A stretch of DNA of 51,766 nucleotides, from the NCBI GenBank assembly GCA_025056095.1, contig JANWVW010000001.1, forward strand, positions 1 through 51,766, in the 5' to 3' direction. Below the pieces are notes generated by a model. That model had not been told where the DNA came from, did not search any database, and worked only from the letters and a program-made list of their open reading frames with translations. Positions 35,507 to 44,452 of the stretch are shown piece after piece. This DNA comes from Bacteroidia bacterium (lineage in GTDB: Bacteria > Bacteroidota > Bacteroidia > JANWVE01). How positions within the stretch are numbered: the stretch's first letter is position 1; each line of letters begins with the position of its first letter. The position numbers and the translations under genes were made by a program.

Positions 35507-36277
35507 TTAATTAAGAATTCTGTATTCAATTCTTCTATTTTTCTGTCTATTTTCTTCAGTGTCATTAGGGGCAATAGGTTGTGTATCCCCGTACCCCACA
35601 GCTTCAATTCGGCTGGGATGTATACCTTTTTTAACAAGATAGTTTTTAACAGCGATTGCTCTTTCTTGAGAGAGCTGCATATTTTTTTGGCTACTTCCTT
35701 GATTATCTGTATGTCCTTGAATTTCAATTCGTAAATCAGGATTTTTTCTCAAAAGTTCTACCACAGCGTCTAGGTCGTCGTAAGACTCGGGGCGTAAATT
35801 GGCAGACCCAGGATCAAAATGTACTCTTTTTAATACGATATGGTCTTTTGAATTATTATTTTCAGAACTGCTTTCTTTCAAGTATCTTGGGTTAAGTACA
35901 AAGTCTAAACGTAGCAACTGTAAGGGATCACTGTCAGAAGAGGTATATAATTCATAGTCTTCACCATCAAACTTGTATACTCTACCACCTGACTTTATTT
36001 CAAAATATAGGCGTCTATTTCTTGGTAATTTTACAGTAAATGTTCCATCTTGTTTAGCTTCTGCTGTGGCTACTAGAGCTTTGGTTATTACATCATAGAA
36101 CATGATAGTACCTGACGTAGGCATGAAGTACTCATTTCGTAGTGAACCCTCTCCTTTATCATATAATACAGGTGATTTTTGAGCCGTAGTTTGGGCTTGC
36201 AGATTATAAAAGCCTACCAACCAAATTAACCCAAATATCAATAATCTCATATAATCATTTTTCATACTTATAAGCAA
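35507..36277 (-). CDS. OmpA-family peptidoglycan-binding protein
   Basis: Signal peptide. C-terminal IQGHTDNQGSSQKNMQLSQERAIAVKNYLVKKGI...GYGDTQPIAPNDTEENRQKNRRIEYRI. Confidence 0.8.
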   Translation of the reverse strand: MLISMKNDYMRLLIFGLIWLVGFYNLQAQTTAQKSPVLYDKGEGSLRNEYFMPTSGTIMFYDVITKALVATAEAKQDGTFTVKLPRNRRLYFEIKSGGRVYKFDGEDYELYTSSDSDPLQLLRLDFVLNPRYLKESSSENNNSKDHIVLKRVHFDPGSANLRPESYDDLDAVVELLRKNPDLRIEIQGHTDNQGSSQKNMQLSQERAIAVKNYLVKKGIHPSRIEAVGYGDTQPIAPNDTEENRQKNRRIEYRILN

Positions 36278-36296
36278 ATTTTGTTCCGTGAATTTT

Positions 36297-36788
36297 TTAT
36301 TTACGAATATCTAAATATAAAGTATTTTCTCTTTCAGCCCAAGTTAAGTCTATATAATACTTACCTCTAGCGCTCTCTACCTCCCAATACCTTTCTTTAT
36401 CTTTACCCTTAGGATTGCCATATTTGTGTGTATAGTATCCAACAAGTTCATTATACAAATTTTCTGTATTTGTATAATTCCGCAGTACTATTTTAGCTCG
36501 GATATTTTTTACTTTTTCCTCTTGTTTATCATACTCTATGAAAAGCGTTTCATTTTCATTTAACTGAATTTGATACCTTAGCCCCAGCACGTCGTCTATT
36601 TCGGGCTTAATAGATTCTATCTTTTTTACGTTGCCAATGGGAGTGTCAAAATCAATTCCTCTAAAAATGCCGTGCTCTGAAGTTATAATTTTCTTGAATG
36701 TATCCGAGTACTCTACTTTGGATGCACAAGAGCAAAGCACAACCAACCCCCACAAACTACCTATAAGCACAAGTTTGACTGAATACAT
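36297..36788 (-). CDS. Small lipoprotein, function unknown
   Basis: Lipobox-like LVVLCSCAS. 163 aa with no recognisable catalytic motif. Starts 1 nt after the lemA stop. Confidence 0.5.
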   Translation of the reverse strand: MYSVKLVLIGSLWGLVVLCSCASKVEYSDTFKKIITSEHGIFRGIDFDTPIGNVKKIESIKPEIDDVLGLRYQIQLNENETLFIEYDKQEEKVKNIRAKIVLRNYTNTENLYNELVGYYTHKYGNPKGKDKERYWEVESARGKYYIDLTWAERENTLYLDIRK

Positions 36789-36789
36789 A

Positions 36790-37449
36790 CTAAAACTTAA
36801 TCGTAGGTGCTACATCTGAACCTTCTTTTGCCTTAAAGGGATTTTCCATTACCTCTTTACGATGAAAACCAAAAATAGCTGCGTAAATGTTATTAGGAAA
36901 CTTACGAATATAAGTGTTGTACTTTTGTACTGCTTCATTGTATCTATTTACTTGGTTAATATAGTCATTTCGGGCTACTGTAATTCGGTTTTCTGTACCT
37001 TCTAATTGAGTTTGTAGATTCATAAACTGCTGGTTAGCTTTAAGTTCAGGATATTGGGCTACTATGGGCATTAACCAAGTGCCTATATTGTAACGGTTTT
37101 GCTTTTCTACATATTCTCTAACCGAGTTTGGATCTTCAGGATCGGCTTTTTTAATGCTCAAAATACCGCTTCGAGCGGCTTCAATGTTAGTGATAATTTC
37201 TTTTTCATATTTGGTATAACCCTTTACTGTTTCTACTAAATTCGGAATCAAGTCTGCTCTTCGCTGATACTGGTTTTCTACTTTTGACCATGCAGTTTTT
37301 ACATTAGCTTTTTCTGTATTCATTTTTTCATCTTGCTCTACCAACGCATTATACTTGCTGCAACCGTTGAAAAGAAAACCTACTACCAATAAGCTGACAA
37401 TACCCAGTATGATGAGTTTTACACTGTTTTTCATATTTAACAAAAGCAA
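36790..37449 (-). CDS. lemA: LemA-family membrane protein
   Basis: N-terminal TM anchor. WSKVENQYQRRADLIPNLVETVKGYTKYEKE...QLEGTENRITVARNDYNQ-type sequence is typical of LemA. The start may be M6 at 37434. Confidence 0.88.
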   Translation of the reverse strand: MLLLNMKNSVKLIILGIVSLLVVGFLFNGCSKYNALVEQDEKMNTEKANVKTAWSKVENQYQRRADLIPNLVETVKGYTKYEKEIITNIEAARSGILSIKKADPEDPNSVREYVEKQNRYNIGTWLMPIVAQYPELKANQQFMNLQTQLEGTENRITVARNDYINQVNRYNEAVQKYNTYIRKFPNNIYAAIFGFHRKEVMENPFKAKEGSDVAPTIKF

Positions 37450-37468
37450 TTATACGAAATTTTGCATG

Positions 37469-37476
37469 CAAAGTTA
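37469..37476 (-). promoter_or_regulatory. -7 promoter box TAACTTTG
   Basis: Plus-strand caaagtta, 19 nt upstream of ATG 37449. Confidence 0.35.
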
Positions 37477-37631
37477 TACAACTTTTAAAAACCTTACAAC
37501 GTACCAACTACAACTATCTTACTTTATCTATACATAAAAGTTTGTTAATACTGTGATGTAGTAGAATTGTAGTCCTTTGAGAGTAAAACCATGTTTTACC
37601 CAAAGTTATTTAGGCAGAAGTTGAATTTTAA

Positions 37632-37988
37632 TTTTTTGGGCGTGCCCTTGTGGGCGTTTCGCTGCGCTCATGCCCACAAGGTCGGCGTGCTTCGGGCTTC
37701 GCTAACGCTTCGGTGCTGCGCTTCGCTGCGCACCGTGCTGACGCACGCCCTTCGCATGCCTCACGCAGGGAATCTCTGAAACCATCATTTCTCTGTGCGT
37801 TATGCAAGGTTTTAGTTTGTAAGTACTTGTACTTCAAGCTTAAACAAGGTAAAGATGTGATTGCACAGGTCATCTGCGTGAGGGGCATGGAGCATGCCGA
37901 TAGGCAGTACGAAGCGTAGCGAAGTACCGAAGCGTTAGCGTAGTGCGGAATGCCCCGACCCTTGCGTCAGCAAGGGGCACGCCCAAAA
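37632..37988. repeat. GC-rich palindromic element, long composite form (stem variant 2; nested ~242-bp insert at 37702-37943)
   Basis: Collinear with 21659-22020 across the whole length, including the AT-rich core (37759-37883). Lies about 100 nt 3' of tRNA-Pro. Confidence 0.9.
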
Positions 37989-38089
37989 TAAAAAATAAAA
38001 AAAACTTCTTTCAAACCTGGTACAATAGCAGCATAAAAGCAGGTTTTTGTTAGGTAGGCTTAGCCGCCCATTAAGACTATTAGGTTTCG

Positions 38090-38163
38090 TCGGGATGGCG
38101 GGATTTGAACCCGCGACCTCTTGCACCCCAAGCAAGTGCGCTACCGGGCTGCGCCACATCCCG
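38090..38163 (-). tRNA. tRNA-Pro (anticodon GGG), CCA not encoded
   Basis: Manual cloverleaf: acceptor CGGGATG/CATCCCG, D stem GCGC/GCGC, anticodon stem CTTGC/GCAAG with loop TT-GGG-GT, T arm GCGGG-TTCAAAT-CCCGC, discriminator A. 74 nt. Confidence 0.93.
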
Positions 38164-38240
38164 AACCTTTGCCCCGCAAAAATAAAACAAAGAATCAAAA
38201 TATCAAAATATATCTTTTACCCATACTTGATTGACAAAAA

Positions 38241-38702
38241 TCAGCTTGTTTGTTTAAGATATTCTTGTATTGTTTTCCAAGCTTGCCTTTTGAAGGCTAC
38301 ATTGTCTATCATTTGTGCCAAAGAAGGTATGCATCTTACTTTTTCAGCAGATATCCCTTGTTTTTTTAGCCATGTTTGTATAGTATCTGGAATTTGATTA
38401 TCGGCATAAAAAACAAAAGTAGGAGGATGAAAAAAGGTAATTTCTGGATTCTGAATAATTTCTTGCGCGTTGAACACTGCTACCTGGTCAAGAGAGTACT
38501 TAAATCCATTCTGAATTATGACCTCAAAAAGCTCTTTGTGTGCCGCAGGAAGCCAATCAGGAATCACGTTCTTATAAGACAACAAGAATACTAAACTTGC
38601 CTTAGGATTGTACAAAGGATACTTAAAAGAAGATAATTGGCATGTTACAGGTCTTTTGTCAGGCAACAAAATTAAGGTATCATATTCAAATAAGGACAAC
38701 AT
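38241..38702 (-). CDS. Hypothetical protein (153 aa)
   Basis: ORF 5 nt downstream of the response-regulator gene on the same strand. No motif recognised. Confidence 0.4.
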   Translation of the reverse strand: MLSLFEYDTLILLPDKRPVTCQLSSFKYPLYNPKASLVFLLSYKNVIPDWLPAAHKELFEVIIQNGFKYSLDQVAVFNAQEIIQNPEITFFHPPTFVFYADNQIPDTIQTWLKKQGISAEKVRCIPSLAQMIDNVAFKRQAWKTIQEYLKQTS

Positions 38703-38707
38703 AGCTA

Positions 38708-40420
38708 CTACAATGAAATACCTATAACTAACATATCGTCAGTTTGTGGAATATCTTTTCGCCATTCTAAAATATGTTTCTGAATACGTTCTAATTGCTG
38801 TTGTGCAGGTAAAGTATGAATACTCTCTAATAAGCTTGCTAATTGCTTACGAGAGAATTTTTTACCTTCTTCACCTCCAAATTGATCGGTAATTCCATCC
38901 GTGAACATGTATAGAATATCGTTAGAATTAAATTGGATTTCATAAGTAGTAAAGGTATATTCGTGTTGTCCGCCAATCGGCATTTTATCCGTTTTATGCT
39001 CATACATCTGTCCATTTTGAAAGATATATAGAATATGGTTAGCCCCTGAAAATTGTATATGCTTAGTTTTAAGGTTTATCCTGCATAGAGATATATCCAT
39101 TCCATCTTGAATAAGTCCATATTCATCTGTGGGATTACTTTGCAAAGTTTTTCGGATAGCGTTGTGAAGTTCGGTAAGAATTTTACCTGTGTCGTAAATT
39201 CTGTACTCACTGACAATATTATGCAATAACATGCTTCCAATTAAAGACATGAAGGCACCTGGAACTCCATGCCCTGTACAATCTCCCGCAGCAATAAAAA
39301 AGTACTCTTCAGCTGGCAAAGCCCAATAAAAGTCCCCACTTACAATGTCTTTGGGAGAGAAAAATATAAAAGAATTAGGGATAAACTTTTGAATATCTAC
39401 AACGCTAGGCATCACAGCAAACTGTATTCGCCTTGCATATCGAATACTGTCTTGAATATCTTTGTTTTGCTGTTCTATTACTTGGGTACGCTCTGCGATA
39501 ACTTGCTCTAAGCCTTCGTACAAAAAAGCATTATCTAACATTGTAGCAGCTTGGTCTAAAAGTAGCTTGAGATAAGTAAGGTGTTCATTTGTAAAATAAT
39601 CAGATTTTTTGGTTTTTTCTGCATATATGGTAGCAATAGTTTCGTTTTTATATACCATGGGATGAATAACCAAAGAAGCCACTCTGTTACTCTGTATGTA
39701 ACTTTGATTTTTGTAGTCTGGTTTATAAACTGCGTTATTTTCTACAATAACTTTTTTTTCTTTGTAGGATTGTGTGATAATCTCATAAGGTAATTGAGTA
39801 TCTTCCAAGTAAAGATGCTGCCCATTTTGTATAGAAATGTGTTTATTCAGATGACTTTGGTGAGCAGGAAATACAATACTTACTTTATCTAAGTCTAAGT
39901 AGGTAATAATTTCATTGATTAGTGCTTGAACTAACCTTGAAACTCTAACTTCTTGAGCTAACTGCGTAGTGGTTTTGTTGATACGTTCTAAAATCGCAAC
40001 ATGTTTGCTTAATTTTGAGTCTAAAAAGTAGCTTTTAACAGCTTCTTGTACAGTCAATTTAAGGTCTGTGGTATCCCAAGGTTTAGCAATATATCGGTAT
40101 AAGTTAGCCTGGTTAATGGCATTAACTACAGAATTCATAGTAGCTTGACCTGTAAGTAGAATTTTGCGGGTATTAGGTATAATCCGATGTACTTCTTTCA
40201 ATAACTCATCACCTTTCATGCCTGGCATAAGCTGGTCGGATATAAATGCAGGAATATCTCTATTCTGCGAAAGTAGATCTTGAACTAGTTCGAGTGCTTC
40301 TTCTCCACTTTCAGCGGGTTCAATAACGAATTCATCTCCCATTGCAAACTCTAGTTCTTTGGATAAGCTATCTAGTACAACTTTCTCGTCATCTACGCAA
40401 ATAATAACAGGCTTGGACAT
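38708..40420 (-). CDS. Response-regulator receiver - GAF-like - PP2C (SpoIIE/RsbU-type) phosphatase fusion
   Basis: Receiver domain KPVIICVDDEK...FISDQLMPGMKG...ILLTGQA. PP2C motifs VSGDFYW, AAGDCTGHGVPGAFMS and FTDGITDQFG. The ORF track start at 40429 is TTG, so ATG 40420 is preferred. Confidence 0.85.
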   Translation of the reverse strand: MSKPVIICVDDEKVVLDSLSKELEFAMGDEFVIEPAESGEEALELVQDLLSQNRDIPAFISDQLMPGMKGDELLKEVHRIIPNTRKILLTGQATMNSVVNAINQANLYRYIAKPWDTTDLKLTVQEAVKSYFLDSKLSKHVAILERINKTTTQLAQEVRVSRLVQALINEIITYLDLDKVSIVFPAHQSHLNKHISIQNGQHLYLEDTQLPYEIITQSYKEKKVIVENNAVYKPDYKNQSYIQSNRVASLVIHPMVYKNETIATIYAEKTKKSDYFTNEHLTYLKLLLDQAATMLDNAFLYEGLEQVIAERTQVIEQQNKDIQDSIRYARRIQFAVMPSVVDIQKFIPNSFIFFSPKDIVSGDFYWALPAEEYFFIAAGDCTGHGVPGAFMSLIGSMLLHNIVSEYRIYDTGKILTELHNAIRKTLQSNPTDEYGLIQDGMDISLCRINLKTKHIQFSGANHILYIFQNGQMYEHKTDKMPIGGQHEYTFTTYEIQFNSNDILYMFTDGITDQFGGEEGKKFSRKQLASLLESIHTLPAQQQLERIQKHILEWRKDIPQTDDMLVIGISL

Positions 40421-40426
40421 ACAGGG

Positions 40427-40434
40427 CAAAAATA
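40427..40434 (-). promoter_or_regulatory. -7 promoter box TATTTTTG abutting the start codon
   Basis: Plus-strand caaaaata, 6 nt upstream of ATG 40420. Confidence 0.35.
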
Positions 40435-40483
40435 CAATAAAAATTAAACCTTGACTTGATTTTGCTATAAAACAAGATTTGTT

Positions 40484-42472
40484 TTAAATCTTGAACTTAT
40501 AGATAATTCGGATTAAAAATTCTCTATTCAAAGCAGGCAGTGCATTTACTCCGCCGTTATAGGGTTGAATTAAGCGAAAGTTTTCATTGAATATATTGTA
40601 TATACCTATACCTACTTCTAAACCTTGTATTTGAACAGGATTTTGGTAACTGACATACAAATTAGTTAAGAATACAGGTTTGTATTCCCCTACACTATCT
40701 ATCCCGACATATCCATACCTTTGACTAAGAAATACCTGATTGATATTGACGTTAAATGACTTAGTAGGATGAAGATTAAGTTCTGTACATATTTTGTGTT
40801 GAGCATTTCCTAGTAAATAGCCTTTACGTTGCGGTACTTCAAACAAAGGCACTTTATTTTGTACATTGCGATAGTAGGAATAACTGAAAGTAACACTACC
40901 CCATTGCCGTTTAAATATGGTTTCTAACTCTGCACCTATATTGTCTGCTTCATCAAAGTTATAGTAGTATTCTGCAACAGTATCTGATGTATAGACAATA
41001 GGGTCCAATAGTCTTACATTAAAAACATTCAAACTTACATAAAAATTTTTATCAAATTTGTAGGTAGTACCTGCTTCAAAAGTATAAATTCTTTCAGGTT
41101 TAATAGTATTTTTATTCATTTCAGCTAGGCGAATATTTTCAATAACGGGTGAGCGAAATGCACCACTTGCCATCATTTTAAGAGTAAGTTTATCAAAGAA
41201 GGTTCGAGTGACAACTAATCTTGGACTTATAGCCCCTGCAAAGGCATTGTGCTTGTCGTAACGAAGTCCCACAGTAAAGTTAGCCCATTTAGTATGTACT
41301 GTTGCTTGTGCGAAACCTGCAAGATTGTAATAAAAAGCACTGTACGTACTATCTTTAAATAGTTCGTCTGGAGTAGAATGTTTATTTACTAGACAATAAT
41401 CTTGATAACTGTCAAATCCCCACTGGAGGTTTATTTTCTCAGTTACGTTGTAGTTAAACAGTATATTTGGGTTGGTTCTGTATGCAGTTTTATCGTAGTG
41501 AAACGGAATAACTGCAGGAAGTTTAGGTTTTTGCCATGGAATATTTCTTTTTATGGTTAATGAGGGCAAGCATTCTAGTTTATCATTGAGTTTAAGCTTG
41601 TAAGAAGCTCTAGCATTAAAGCTATGAAATCTTACAGTTTGTGGTTCATCAGAATTACTTCCAAATATCACTCGGTCATATATAATGTAGTTATCAAATT
41701 GTGAAGAGAGTAGAAAGTTTTTGTATTCCAATTTAGCCGAAAGCATTGTGGGTACAATCGTACTGTTATTACCTTCGCCCATATCAAAAGTTTTGCCATA
41801 AAAGTCGGTAAAGTTCTCATTGCTCCGAACACTTCTCCCATACAAACCATGTAGACCTATATTTAATCCATTTTCCCATTTTTTTGTAATGTTCAGGTTA
41901 CCATTTATACGACTAAGTCGATCGTAAAAGGTACCTGTTGTATTAGAAACGGTAACTAAGTTACCATCATTTCCATCTTTTGTAATGATGTTAATCACAC
42001 ATAATCCTGCATATCCACCATATAAAGCTGAACCTGGTCCTCTTATAATTTCTATACGTTTAATGGCTTGTATATCGTAGTGGTTACCAAATTGAGTAGT
42101 AGCGAACAAATTCTCATTTAGTTCAATGCCATCCCATAAAATAAGTACTTTGCCTTCATGTCCCCAAAAGCCTCTCATGCTTATTCCTACAACATTTTCT
42201 ACATCATGCCCAAACTGTATACCTGGAATCATGTGGAGAACATCCAATAAGTCTCTTGCGCCTGAGTATTTTATTTCTTCTTGAGTAATAAAAGACACAA
42301 TAGCAGGTGCTTCTAAAATCTTAGTTTTTTGTTTGTTAGTTACTTCTATAGTTGTGTTGAGCAGCTCTTCTATACTCATATCGAAAAACTGCTCGTCAGA
42401 TTGGGCACATGCAGTTAGACCTAATAATAACAAATATTTTAGTACAAATCTTTTCATAAGCCAATACTTCAT
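40484..42472 (-). CDS. TonB-dependent outer-membrane receptor
   Basis: Signal peptide. Plug region ITQEEIKYSGARDLLDVLHMIPGIQF...RGF...VLILWDGIELN...IEIIRGPGSALYG. Long beta-barrel with an aromatic C-terminus. The ATG overlaps the upstream stop (ATGA at 42469-42472). Confidence 0.85.
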   Translation of the reverse strand: MKYWLMKRFVLKYLLLLGLTACAQSDEQFFDMSIEELLNTTIEVTNKQKTKILEAPAIVSFITQEEIKYSGARDLLDVLHMIPGIQFGHDVENVVGISMRGFWGHEGKVLILWDGIELNENLFATTQFGNHYDIQAIKRIEIIRGPGSALYGGYAGLCVINIITKDGNDGNLVTVSNTTGTFYDRLSRINGNLNITKKWENGLNIGLHGLYGRSVRSNENFTDFYGKTFDMGEGNNSTIVPTMLSAKLEYKNFLLSSQFDNYIIYDRVIFGSNSDEPQTVRFHSFNARASYKLKLNDKLECLPSLTIKRNIPWQKPKLPAVIPFHYDKTAYRTNPNILFNYNVTEKINLQWGFDSYQDYCLVNKHSTPDELFKDSTYSAFYYNLAGFAQATVHTKWANFTVGLRYDKHNAFAGAISPRLVVTRTFFDKLTLKMMASGAFRSPVIENIRLAEMNKNTIKPERIYTFEAGTTYKFDKNFYVSLNVFNVRLLDPIVYTSDTVAEYYYNFDEADNIGAELETIFKRQWGSVTFSYSYYRNVQNKVPLFEVPQRKGYLLGNAQHKICTELNLHPTKSFNVNINQVFLSQRYGYVGIDSVGEYKPVFLTNLYVSYQNPVQIQGLEVGIGIYNIFNENFRLIQPYNGGVNALPALNREFLIRIIYKFKI

Positions 42473-44247
42473 TTATATCTAACCAATTCCGTAGGTGTGT
42501 AGAAAGCCGCAGGATTAAATCCTGCAAAATAGGCTGATACAGGATAAGTATTTACATTTTGAAAGCGATTGTTAATTGCAATTTTAGATTGGGGCGACCA
42601 AAGCAGAATTAAAGGACTTTCTGCCATAATCATTTCTTGTAGCTGGTCATATAAATTTTTTTTACGAGCAGCATCCTTTTCTTTTAATATGTTTTCTATT
42701 AAATCATCTGAAGTGGCATTGCCAAAACCTGTATAGTTTGCAGGACTTTTTGTATGCCAAGAAGTATAAGGGTTAGTTATACCTATACCTTCGGTTACCT
42801 TACCTAAATATAAGTCAAAGTCTCTTTTGTTCAATTTTTCTGTTTGTTCAGGAATACTGCGTTCCGCAACATTCAGCTTAACACCTATTTGCTTAAAAGC
42901 CTCAGACAGATAGTGGGCAATTTTACGATAATCGTGATTACCTTCTACAATACTTAACTCTAACTCAATGTATCTTTTTTGGCTGCCTTCTATCTTATAC
43001 CTAAATCCATCCTCATCTTGTTGATTATATCCTAATTTTGATACAATAGATATAGCTTGCTCAGGGTTAGGTTCTATGAGAGGTATTTTATCATTGTAGC
43101 CAATTTTCTTTTCAGGTATTCCTGGACAAGTCAATCTTCTACCATACTCGCGAGCAACTTTACTCAGAAAATAATCTACATCTACAGCTAAACACAGTGC
43201 TTTTCTGAATTCGCTGTTAGAAAGCAAGTTGTTTCTTTTAGTGTTAATCCCAATAAATAGATATTCCAAAGTGTTAGAAGTACAGAGCTTGTAATTGAAA
43301 TACGAACTATTTGACTTTGCCATTTCTGCAAATTCTTTGGCAGGTAAGTCATATACGACATCGAGGTATTCAAGTGTAAGCATGTTTATGGTTAGTTTTA
43401 AGTCTTTTACTACCTTATATACAATCCTTTTCTGATTAGCCACAAATAGTTCGCCAGGTTCGCTATAATAATTATCTCCCCACCACACTTCCTTACGCTG
43501 TAGTACTAATTCCTCTGATGGATTACAAGAAGCAAAGTAATAAGCCCCTGATGAGCAAGCTTTATTAAACAAAACTTTTTTACTAAACTCCTCACTATTA
43601 AATTGTTCTGCAAACTTATTAATTTTAGGATTTTCCGCTAACTCTACAGTATCTCTATTTAGTTCAGATATAGAAAATTTATCCATTAAACCTTCTGGAT
43701 CAAAAAGATGCTTTGGTAGTATCTTGAGCATTGCAATACTTTGATTAGGTTGATCGTATTTCACCTCAAATTTCTTGTTATTATTCTTATCCGCTTTGAT
43801 ATCCAAAACACCACGATAAAAATATCGCAATCTTGATGACTTAACCTTAGGATTTTTAATTACTTTTATAGTAAATTCAACATCCTCCGCAGTAATAGGT
43901 GTACCATCGCCCCATACTGCATCATTCCTAATTTCAAAGATCTGGCTTTTACCATCTTCACTACGAATAGGTAAGGAAGCTAAAAAGGGAATAACCTCTA
44001 ATGTTTTCGGATTAACCCCATTCAAGCTTTGGAATACGAATTGGTTGATGTGCTGATTCTTGGGGCTTATGTTTATGATAGGATTGAGACATTCTATATC
44101 CGTAGAGTGACGTATAATCACCCAATCTCTAGGCTGTGTGAAACTTTCCTGTGCTAATAAAAAATTACCTTTATCACAAGATAAAATAATAACGACACAA
44201 GCACAAAGTAGCTGATAACTAATAAGTTCAAATAGAGCAGGCTTCAT
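42469..44247 (-). CDS. Family-5 solute-binding-protein homologue, lipoprotein
   Basis: Start M14 (MKPALFELISYQLLCACVVIILSC) gives a lipobox. WGDGTPITAEDVEFTI and the overall length are typical of SBP family 5. A TAAATTTG box at 44284-44291 overlaps the longer ORF start at 44286, favouring 44247. Confidence 0.7.
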   Translation of the reverse strand: MKPALFELISYQLLCACVVIILSCDKGNFLLAQESFTQPRDWVIIRHSTDIECLNPIINISPKNQHINQFVFQSLNGVNPKTLEVIPFLASLPIRSEDGKSQIFEIRNDAVWGDGTPITAEDVEFTIKVIKNPKVKSSRLRYFYRGVLDIKADKNNNKKFEVKYDQPNQSIAMLKILPKHLFDPEGLMDKFSISELNRDTVELAENPKINKFAEQFNSEEFSKKVLFNKACSSGAYYFASCNPSEELVLQRKEVWWGDNYYSEPGELFVANQKRIVYKVVKDLKLTINMLTLEYLDVVYDLPAKEFAEMAKSNSSYFNYKLCTSNTLEYLFIGINTKRNNLLSNSEFRKALCLAVDVDYFLSKVAREYGRRLTCPGIPEKKIGYNDKIPLIEPNPEQAISIVSKLGYNQQDEDGFRYKIEGSQKRYIELELSIVEGNHDYRKIAHYLSEAFKQIGVKLNVAERSIPEQTEKLNKRDFDLYLGKVTEGIGITNPYTSWHTKSPANYTGFGNATSDDLIENILKEKDAARKKNLYDQLQEMIMAESPLILLWSPQSKIAINNRFQNVNTYPVSAYFAGFNPAAFYTPTELVRYK

Positions 44248-44283
44248 ATAATTATGAATTATCTGTAATCTGTAGTTGCGGGT

Positions 44284-44291
44284 CAAATTTA
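44284..44291 (-). promoter_or_regulatory. -7 promoter box TAAATTTG
   Basis: Plus-strand caaattta, 36 nt upstream of ATG 44247. Confidence 0.35.
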
Positions 44292-44452
44292 AGAATAATT
44301 TTTAAAGTTGGAAAAACGCACAACAAAATATTACATTTTGTTTTCTCTTTTTTAACGTGAGTTCTGGATTGTAAAAAAAGTTTTTGGGGTATAAATAGCA
44401 ATAAAATCAGATAAGATTTGGATAAATAAAAAAGAGCAATAAAACTACTCTT

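Noticed and set aside
35494-35727. Longest ORF extension of the beta-barrel gene (start 35727)
   Set aside because: It would overlap the upstream OmpA gene by 221 nt and place about 78 non-signal residues before an obvious signal peptide. GTG 35493 is preferred, though ATG 35565 remains possible.
37935-38397. 87-aa (-) and 116-aa (+) ORFs around 38.0-38.4 kb
   Set aside because: Both overlap the clearly folded tRNA-Pro gene (38090-38163) and the repeat end or the neighbouring CDS. The protein sequences have no recognisable features.
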